A DNA stretch of 64,000 nucleotides, from the NCBI GenBank assembly GCA_037447605.1, contig CM074805.1, forward strand, positions 2,141,361 to 2,205,360. Direction: 5' to 3'. Under the pieces are notes generated by a model. That model searched no databases and was not told the origin of the DNA. It saw nothing but the letters and a program-made list of their open reading frames with translations. A program made the translations under genes and the position numbers. The stretch is from Zygnema circumcarinatum SAG 698-1b. Lineage: Eukaryota; Plantae; Zygnematophyceae. Below are positions 41,001 through 50,030 of the stretch, in pieces. Position 1 is the stretch's first letter, and each line of letters opens with the position of its first letter.

Positions 41001-41825
41001 GGCACGGCTTTCTTCTGGACCCCATCGATGATACAAGGAGAGAGCATCACATTCTCATCCCATGTGCCATACATACCTGGACGACATCCCCCGGCATCGC
41101 TCCGCAGACGTTGATGGGCCCAGTCACAATATGCGAGCCGCTGGCAGGAGGCTTCGGCACGCTCTTGTTGCCGGCGGTTTCTCCTTGCATCCACTTGTAG
41201 ATGGACTCCAACCCCGGGTCTCCCTGCAGCCCCCCCAACCCACAAAGACAGATTGCATCAGATTGAATTCTCACCCTTTGATTGTCTGTTTCTTTGATTT
41301 TACCTAGCAACACTATCCAGGGATTGTAGCACAGAACCGCAGAGCAAGATAAAAATGCAGCTCCCAAGCCCACTTCAGCTCACAGAGCGAGAGATGCGTT
41401 AGCAGGAGTAAATCTCTCGATTAAGAGATCCCCTTCGAAGCGGGGTCAGGCCACACCTTGATCATCTTGCTGTAGTCAGCGCCCGCCGTGTGCGTCCCGA
41501 CCTCCACCGTGATGGTGTCCCCGCTCCGCACGTGCGCTGCAAAGGGGCGCGCCAAGTCGTAGTACCCCCACATCACCGTGTCCCTGCAGCACGCCCCGCT
41601 CAGGTAAGGAGGGAGGCCATGGATCGAGCAGGGCCTCGCACGGCAGCAGAGGTATTCACAAGGCATCAAACAACTAAAGGCCATGGCGGTTGCTTACTTG
41701 TTAATTGGGAGGTACTCCGTGCTGGGGCCCATGCACGTCCCCGGCTGGGCTGCTGACAGCAGGGGGAAGGCGAGCAGCAGAGCCGCAGCGAGGAGAGCCA
41801 TAGTGGGGCTGCCAGCTGCCGCCAT
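38035..41825 (-). CDS. Acetamidase/formamidase (FmdA/AmdA family) with N-terminal signal peptide, ~11 exons
   Basis: MAAAGSPTMALLAAALLLAFPLLSAAQ..|DTVMWGYY..VRSGDTITVEVGTH..MIK|GDPGLESIYKW..GSHIVTGPINVCGAMPGDVVQ|VEIL..|..|FQIPLRAHIGIMG|..FGGNIDNWRVTTGTTMYY..VLADTHA|AQGDSELSGTAIETS|..SLDRAF..VDFVVTQ|VVDNNWGVHGMVRK..*. Confidence 0.9.
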
Positions 41826-42087
41826 GGCGAGGTCAGGTGAGGCGAGCCGAGGCGAGCCGAGAGCAGAGGAGAGGAGGCACGTAGCGCTGAGAGAAGTCTC
41901 CCTCCTACCGGCCTCGCCCTATCCTTATAGGCCCCCAGCCAGGCCCAAGCCATGCCCAGGCCAGGGCCCGGCAGTGGCGGGGAGTGGCGGAGGGAGTGTG
42001 GCGGCGGCGCGCTCCGACTCTGACAAGGGCCGACGGTGCGATGTCGGCGCGGCCCCGCACCGACATGCCGCGGCCGCGGGGAGTGGG

Positions 42088-42121
42088 CCACGTGGGCCAA
42101 CGCGCCACGTGGGATCACGTG
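42088..42121. promoter_or_regulatory. Triple G-box (CACGTG x3) upstream of the amidase gene
   Basis: CCACGTGG at 42088 and 42105, CACGTG at 42116, about 265-295 bp upstream of the ATG. TATAAG on the minus strand at ~41925. Confidence 0.55.
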
Positions 42122-42599
42122 GACGTCGCGCAGCCAATGGAGGGAGCGGGCGGGCGGGCGGGCGGGGGCGTCACCTCCCCCAAGTACCGGCACGCGGCGG
42201 GGCAGGTCCACCTACAGGCGGCTGCCGCCGTTGGATTCGGAGATCCGACGGCGAAAGATGCGCCAACGTTCTGCGGACAAATGCGGCCGCCGCCTGCGCC
42301 GGCTCGTCGCATCCGGGGAAGGGGCATTCTGGCAGGCTGCGTACGGAGGCCGCGGTGTGGGGACACGTGGTGCACGAAAGGTCGGGCCGCGGCAGCAGTC
42401 GATATCGAGGAAGCTTCGTCAGTACGGCGCCTGGGAACTGCAGATGGAGTTCTATGGAGGCGGGCGGCGTCTATGGCCTCACAGTTCCGTGCAAAATTCC
42501 ACAAGTTACTGAACTGGCGGCGGGCACCTGGAACTGGTTAGAACGAGTCGATTGCTAGCCGGGCTTGGCTGGGACAACTCTCCCAAAAAAAATAAACAA

Positions 42600-43315
42600 G
42601 GAAAATGATACTTCGCCCCCTTTTTTTTGAAATCCCGCCCTCCCATTTTGGCTATTCCGCCCTCTGTTTTGGATATCCCGCCCTTCCCCATTTTGGATAT
42701 TCACCCCCCTGTTTTCTCCTTCTCACATATCAGCGCAACGTCCGTAAAGACATTCGCAGAGAGAGAGCAGAGCAGGGGAGAGAGAGTGAGAGAGAGCAGA
42801 GAGAGCAGAGGAGAGAGAGCGCAGAGGAGAGAGAGAGAGCAGAGGAGAGAGAGAGAGAGAGAGAGAGATAGAGAGAGGGTAGAGGATAGAGCAGAGGAAC
42901 AGAGGAGAGAGAGAAGAAGAGAGGGAAAGCAGAGGAGAGAGAGCAGAGGAGAGAGAGAGTAGAGGAGAGAGAGAGAGAGAAAGAAAGCAAGTAGGCCAAT
43001 CATTACATCATCACAGAGCTTCACACCCACCGCAAAATATGAACAAAAAGAGAATAAAAAGTTCCTAAATATAGAAAAACTCGACAAAGTGTCTGCGCAT
43101 TTGAAGCCTACAAGCTGCCAAACTAGTTACACCTAAGAGTCTAACGTGGGGTCTAGAGTACAAATCTACATTGCTGGAGCCAGCCTGCCAGAATACATAT
43201 GGGGGGGGGGGGGGGGGGGGGGNNNNNNNNNNGTAAATAGCCAAAATGGGAGGGCGGGATTTCAAAAAAAATGGGGCGGGATAACCCCAAAAGGGGGGGG
43301 GGTGTATCATTTTCC
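42600..43315. mobile_element. Non-autonomous TIR element, Mutator-like, with internal (GA)-rich block and a poly-G/assembly gap
   Basis: GGAAAATGATAC...TTTTTTTGAAATCCCGCCCTCCCATTTTGGCTAT (42600-42656) is inverted at 43237-43315 (ATAGCCAAAATGGGAGGGCGGGATTTCAAAAAAA...GTATCATTTTCC). No clean TSD seen. Confidence 0.6.
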
Positions 43316-44503
43316 GAAAAGAAAGGGCTTTAACCACGGGGTTCCTAAGAATTAGTCGCGACCAGCTCATATGTGACGAAAGAAAAACTTGCGAGTGAGA
43401 TAAGTCGAGCATATCCGAACTGACTAAACGTGTGATTGAGAATCAAATGACAAGCCAAAACCTGACAACAATTTTACTAAAATGCGCTCAGTCATGTTTC
43501 GGTACGTCAATAGTCGACAACGAGGAGTTTTCCCTTCAATGGTAGTTTTATGGCTAGTAAGTTCTCGTAGAAATGAAGTAATGGTGAGCAATTTCCGTTG
43601 AGGAATCCGAAATTCCCAAGTCACGATTTGCCACCGCTATTGCACAGGTTCACTCTTCACGCAAGGGCGGGTCTACATGTACAAGTTAGGGGGTCTCCCC
43701 TCCCTCTCATATTCCGAAAATTCAACTCCCTTCTTATTTTTCATGTATGTACTTCATTGTATTTTATGCTGAGGGTGGACCCTCGGCAGAGATCCTGGAT
43801 CCACCACTGACTTCACATGGCCAGTGGTGTGATGTGATAAGGATTCGACCTCCGAGTGTACGGACAGAAGCAGCCCGGCTCCGCCCAGCCCTGTCCGCGT
43901 TACTCTCTCGCCCTCCCCATGGCCGACCATTTCTCTACCATAGAACCTGTATCACACGAACGACCGAGGACAAAAGTGAAAGGGGAAAATGGGCGGGCGG
44001 GCAGATACGCAGAAAAAATAAACGGAGACGAGGAGAGCCGGTGGGGAATGGAGGCAAAGCGCGCAGAGGGAGGGAGGGAGGGAGGGAGGGAGGGAGGGGG
44101 GGGAGGGAGGGGGGGTGAGAGGGAGTGAGGAATGGAGGGAGGGAGGTTAATACACTCGTCTGATACATACGGATCTATAAGCACATCCCTTATAATCAGT
44201 TAAACTATTTTTAATTTTTGTCCGGCTTGCTCTCGACTTGAGTGAAATCGTGATCCCCCTGTACGGTAAGCGTGTACGGTACAGTAGCACCCCATCATAT
44301 TTTCCACCTCCAAAAGGAGGTTCCCCCTCGTGAGTTCAATCAAACATCATTCCTTCTCCAAAAGTGCGTCACCAATTCGCACCAATTTTGCCGAAACCAC
44401 TTTTTTGTACGGTAACTTCGTGTTAGCCGTACTATCCGTATTATCCGTACTATCCATACTATCCGTACTATCCGTACTATCCGTACTAGCCGTCACGGGC
44501 TTA

Positions 44504-45293
44504 TGTAGCACAAGATAAGTGGGGTTAAAAGGAGATTGCTGAGCTAGTTGCAGGTGCTGTACGGCCACTCGCGCGTCCGTGCTGAAACTGATGAAGGGTT
44601 GGGTTGGTGTTGTGGATCTGCCTGCAGCATAGAGCCAGGATCCGGGGGATTCAGAGGTACGCGCAGCGGAAGACGTAGGGATCCTGAAGATGTTCCCACC
44701 GGCAGCTGGACTCGATGCGCAAAGAGCCCTTCCTTGGGGGCTCTCTTCCCCTGTCCTCCCTTCGGCTATTCTCTTCGCTAGACTTCTAGTTATCATCGGT
44801 CATTGGGAGGAGTGTAAGGCAGGATAGCACAAGATGGTAGCTTGGCATAGTGACAGCAAGGGGAAAACAGGACTCAACTTAGATAAAGGTGGTATTTTGG
44901 AAACTCACCCCAGCCAGCGGTTGGCTGGGGATTGTCATTACAATGAAAGCGTCTTCTCACTGAAATCTTTGTCTGGCTGGGCTGAATGGGATGTCTAAAT
45001 GCTATCAGCAAGAAGACTCTTTCTCTCTCTCTCTCTCTATGCCATGGAACTCTCTCTCTCTCTCTCACTTAGCATCTGTTGCTGTAACTGAAGAGGAAGA
45101 AAAGGAAGAACAAGACAACAAACCACACAGCAAATACAAATACTAAGCCCAGCACTAAAAGACAAACTAGCATCACTGACATCCCATCTACTTAGCGCTG
45201 ACAATAGATCTTGAGCCTTAGCAGTGACAGTCCCTGATTGGCCAACTGCCCACTGAGTGGCCTGACTGACTGCGTGGAGCCTTCGGATTGGTC
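44504..45293 (-). repeat. 3' LTR; inner boundary lost in the gap at 45294-45303
   Basis: Starts TGTAGC at the TSD and is near-identical to 52470-52969. Confidence 0.85.
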
Positions 45294-45599
45294 NNNNNNN
45301 NNNGGGATCTCCGACGGACCGACACAAATGAAGGGGCCCAACCACGGAAAAGCCCGTTGAGTCGGTTTGGCGAGATTCCTGAGCCAAATGAGCTGACGGG
45401 GCGCGACCTGATTGGGCGGGAGAGCAGCGCGTCGGCGCCTCCCAAAGTCGGTGAGTTGTCGTCTGTGCGCGCGTTCGAGGTGGTGGGAGGCCATGGAATC
45501 TAGGGTTTGGAAGCGGAGGGCCAGGAGCTGAAGCTGGGCGACCCGATCCGGGGAAGCGTCATACGTAGAAAGAATTTCAGCCGAAGAGGAGGAAGTCAG

Positions 45600-46110
45600 A
45601 TCACGGGGCTTCTGACCATAGAAGGCTTCGTAGGGAAGTGGTGGAGAGTGAAGCAGAAGGTATTTATGCGGTAAAGAAGACTAGGGAGGTATGACCTGGC
45701 GCCCGGTCACGCCCCTCCGGCTCAGCGCGGCAGCGAACACCGCATCCTTGGCGGTCTGTAGTGGATTACGCAGAAGCCCACGTGCGAGGGGAAGTAGGGG
45801 CTAGAGAGTGCGGTGAATGATCACGAGAAGTCACGCCAGAGCTTGGCAAACGCCTTGTATTGGTGCCGTGTAGGTGGGCGGAGTAGGGGAGAGTGGCGGT
45901 GAATGATGGCCATCGGGGAGGCGAGTAGAGTGGGCGAGTGCTTAGATTCCGTCGCGTGAACTTCCACCCACTTGGTGTATCTGTCCACTGCTAGGAAGAC
46001 CCGAATGTAGCCAGAGGGGGTGCCGAGCTGGGGGATAGAAAAGGTGTCGATGTTCCAATCTTCCGCAACGCCTCGGATCGGGATCTCACCCATCTCTAGG
46101 GGTTGGCGGT
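45600..46110 (-). pseudogene. Degenerate integrase fragments
   Basis: WNIDTFS..GYIRVFLAVDRYTKWVEVHA (rve core) and LPYEAFYGQKPR in different frames. No intact HHCC motif seen. Confidence 0.7.
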
Positions 46111-46749
46111 GGGGAGGAAGCGGCGCTTGCGTTGGCGGCCCGGAGTGCGAGGATTTCGATGCTAGCGGCGGCTTCGCGCCATGGAGGCGGGCGATAATAG
46201 CGCTCTGCGGCCCGAGGCGACCATCTTTTACAGCCCAGGTGGAATCACCGAGGCTGAGCATGCGTGTCGCGGCGTCGGAGGCTTCCATGCGCTTCGTTGG
46301 GGGAAAGAACGGGGAAGGCGGAGGGAGGTAGAAATCTGTCCTTCATCATCTGAAGGATTACGGCCTTGGCGGAAGCGACGAGCCAGCTTCGGTATCCCGT
46401 GATGAGAACATGCGAGGTCGCCCAGCGTAGCGAAGGGAAGGAAGTCGAGAATGTGGGCGTCGGCCAGCGGCGGGAAATGGGGAGGAAGAAAGGGAGCTTC
46501 GCCATCGTCATCCATGAGGAGTTCCCACGGATCCGCATGGGGGTGGCCGTGGGTGAAGACAGGGTCCTGCCAGCGATGGAGGGTGGTGGCCGTGGCCGGA
46601 ATGTCGATCAGCCCATCCGCGAATATGACATCATTCAGGTCTTGATCGGCAATGAAAATCTCAATGGGAAGATGCTCAGGGTTCAAGAGGGTGGGTGGAG
46701 GGATGGGTTCAGGAACGGCCGGATCGTGACAGAGGAGTGGAGCCGAAGG

Positions 46750-49700
46750 ATTTCGACTGAGGCCGTCAGCATTGCCGTGACTACGGCCGGGACGGTGAGT
46801 GACTTTGAGTACATTATACTCCTCCAACTTCATCACCCATCGTGCAAACTTAGGTCGCAGGGTAGCCATAATGTGCAGCCAAGTGAGTGGCATGTGGTCA
46901 GTCCGAATGACAATAGGCTGGTAGGCTGTAAAGAGCTTGAACTTCTCCAGTGCCCAGAGGATAGCCGCTGCCTCACCCCCAGTAGGGCTGTACTTGGTCT
47001 CGGTTTCCGAACAAACCCTGCTAGCATAACTGAGCGGGTGTTCCCCATCCGAGAATGCTTGACTGGCCACTGCCCCAAAGCCCGTCTGACTCCAGTCGGT
47101 GTCAATAATTGTGGGCAAAGTGGGGTCGAATTGATGCAGACAAGGAGCCTGAAGGAGGGCACTCTTGAGCGCTTGGAAGGCCAAATCCTGCGCTCGGCTC
47201 CATTCGTAGTGGACTCCGTGCTTCTCCAAGGCATGTAGGGGACGCGCGATAAGGGCATATCCCTTGATGAACCGGCGATAGAATGAGGTAAGTCCCAAGG
47301 AAGACTTGAGCTGAGTGAGGTTCTGTGGAATTGGCATAAGGTCAATCGCCTCAATCTTGTCGAGTGATGGTTTCAGTCCATTGATGCCGAGGCGATGCCC
47401 TAGATGAGTGATCTCCTGATGGCCCCATTTGCACTTCTTGGGAGCAATCTTCAAACGCGCACTGATGAGCTGTTGAAGGACTTGGTCAATGTGTTGCAGG
47501 TGGGAGGACCAATCCTTGCTGTGGAGGGAAGCATCGTCCACGTAGGGTTCACGACAGGGGCCGAATACCTGGTTGGCCAAGCGCTGGTGAGTCTGGCTGG
47601 AATTCTTGAGCCCAAAGGGAAGCACTATCTGTTGATGTATAGGGTACATCAAGGTGTTGGTACTTAGTTCCTAGTATGGATGTTGTCCGGGACATCAATG
47701 TGGTGGTATAGGGACAATGTCATGTATGAACGGTCATGTTTGGTGTAGGACCGAACATGGGGGGTGCCCGTATCGTTAGGGCATGGTACGGCAGGTCTAG
47801 GGAAGGTCTAGGGTCGTAGAATTACGGCTTAGGCTTAGACCGTACCAAAGGGGGTGCACGGAATGTGCTTGACCGAAAAGGAGCGCGGCCGTACGGACGG
47901 CGCGCGACTGTACGGACGACGCGAAACAAATGGACGCGGAGATATTTGGCGCGAGAGGCGGATCTGCACGAAGCGACATGATTGGTCGCGCCAGCGTGCA
48001 GATAGCGACGCAGTCTTCGGGCGTGACGTGACGCGGAAGTCGGTTGAGAGACTGAAGATGTCGGCGGCGAATGAGGAGGCGGCACGTGGCATTGCGTGGA
48101 CCCTTAGTGCGGTCCTCGGCTCTGACGAGGTCAACTCAGAAGGGGACCGAGTCAGCACTTGAGCGGGCGGCGGATATGTACGGCTGGGCGGCGGACGTGT
48201 ACGGCCGGGCGGCGGAACAGTACGGACGACCTTGCGTAGGTCGGTGCTGGCGTAGGTTTACGTGAAGTCGTGTAGCTGGCTGTTGAACGCGTAGCTGGCC
48301 GTTGAACGGCTTGCTGGCTGTTGAATGCATGCGCTTGCTAGTGCGCCTGTGACGTGACATCGGGTGTCACGTCACGCCGGCCGCCATAGTTTAAGAGGGA
48401 GCAAGCTTGGCTCTCTCACTCACTCACTCTCTCTGAATGTTATGCTGCTCGACCGTTGTTGTAAAGGAAGAGTAGGCAGAGGCTGAGGCCTAGAGGAGTC
48501 CGGCCTTGTGTATGAAGGTCGTGAAGGAACTAGCTCTCATCATGCTAAGCTTTAGTGAAGGAGCTAGATGGTGTGTCCCTCATGTGTTGAGGTAGAGGAG
48601 GAGTTCATGGAGGCGAGTAGTGCTTGGCTACTGCAGTTGGGGTGTAGGCTATCTATGAGAGGATAGGATAGTGCTCATGAGAGGAGGAGAATCTAGCATA
48701 AGGGATCTATGTAGATTTCCTCAAGAGCTTGTATTACACTCATGGAGTTTAAGGAGTTTTAGGGCCGTGGGCTTTCTCCTTACTACTGTATCATTCGTCA
48801 TGTGAGTCCTCGTGTTGGATTGACGTGGTGGATGAGTGGAGGCGACCATTGTATGGGCGGTGTGTTGCTCCACACGAGGAGATCATTGGAGGAGCGTGGA
48901 GTTGAGGAGCCGAGACCATGGAGGAGTTGAAGAAGTGCAATTGTAGGTGGGGTGTTTAGTTTTCCGCTGTGCGCACCTGGCGAGAGGTGGACGAGAAGGC
49001 ATATCGTGGCGGAAGCGGTATGTGGCCCAAGGAGAAGCAAAAGAAAAGTTTTGAGCTCTGATACCCAGGGCATGTGTTGCCCTTTCCTTGTGTCTTTCCT
49101 TTCTTGCTGCCCCTTGCACCAACACTGTCCACTGCACGAAGCGCGTGGCTGTGCGAAGCCCTGTCTTGCAGCGATCGGCCTGTCGCAGAGGGATCTGCCA
49201 GAAGGACTTCTGCATGTCCAGTGCCGAGAACCACCGGTCCTCAGGGGAGACGCCGTGGAGTATAAGGTCCACATCCGGCAACGTATAGGGATCCCACTTC
49301 GTCACTGCATTCAGTTTCCGATAGTCTCCACAGAAGCGGAGTGTGCCATCCGGCTTTGGGGGCAGAACGGCCGGGCTGGCCCAAGGTCCTTCTCCAGGTT
49401 CCATCAATCCGGCAGCCACATTCTCATCGATCTGTCTTTCGACATCGGCCNNNNNNNNNNTCTCGTGGGGGGGAAAGCTGGGTGCAGCTATCACCGGCGG
49501 CAAAAGTTCTTCCGTCGGCGCCCAGAGAGCTGGACTCGGAGGAGCAGGAGGGGGAGTCTCGTCATCGGTATCAGAATTGGCCGATCCATAGGAAGAATGG
49601 GGGCTGCCGACCGCATGGTACATGGTGATCTCTGGGTAGGAGACCTGCGCCGTGGCGTGGCGTTTGGGGAAGGCGGAGGTGGCAAGGGACTCGAGGATGA

Positions 49701-50030
49701 TGGGGAAGGAGCAGTCTGTCCCGCCAGCAGATAAGTGCAGCTGACATGTAGCAAAGTCGATTTGTGCTCCCATCGCAATGAGCCAATCTGAGCCCAGCAG
49801 GATAGAATAGTGCTCAGCGGCCGTGATGACCGCATTCACCGTGGCTCCCATCTCGCCAAGGCTGATGATCACTTGGGCACTGCCCAATCCTTCATGTGAA
49901 CTCCGTTAACCCCCACATATGGGGAATGGGCTGCGTCTTGTCCAACAACACAGCCCCTTCATCAGCGGTTTGGACAGGCGTGCGCATAGCTCACGTGTAG
50001 ATCATGGCCTTTGGGATGACGTTTAGCTAG
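46750..50030 (-). pseudogene. Protease-RT-RNase H of the gypsy element, interrupted by a solo LTR and a gap
   Basis: Protease active site degraded (AMI-Y-T-stop in place of IDTG), then ILLGSDWL. RT motifs GPWASPAVLPPKPDGTLRFCGDYRKLNAVT, FSALDMQKSFWQI, QWTV|LPFGLKN and YVDD. RNase H motifs IDTDWS, LSYASR..ETKYS..E, RTDH..L and ADGLSR. Confidence 0.9.
47630..49124 (+). mobile_element. Solo LTR of a different family (1495 bp) inserted in the RT domain
   Basis: TGTTG...CAACA termini and 5-bp TSD CTATC/CTGTC (one mismatch). Removing it restores Q-W-T-V-L-P-F-G. Orientation is inferred only from the CT-rich, R-like block at ~48410. Confidence 0.82.

Noticed and set aside
43790-43809. ATCCTGGATCCACCACTG, resembling a hAT-MITE terminus
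   Set aside because: No matching opposite end or 8-bp TSD found.
44430-44490. (CCGTACTAT)n array and similar arrays at 15040-15075 and 15680-15720, considered as CRISPR-like
   Set aside because: Simple tandem repeats without spacers, internal to MITE A, in eukaryotic DNA.
49053-49070. PBS-like GGTATCAGAGCTC inside the solo LTR
   Set aside because: Reads TGGGTATC rather than TGGTATC, lies only ~55 bp from the terminus, and has no second LTR or PPT; not evidence for a further element.
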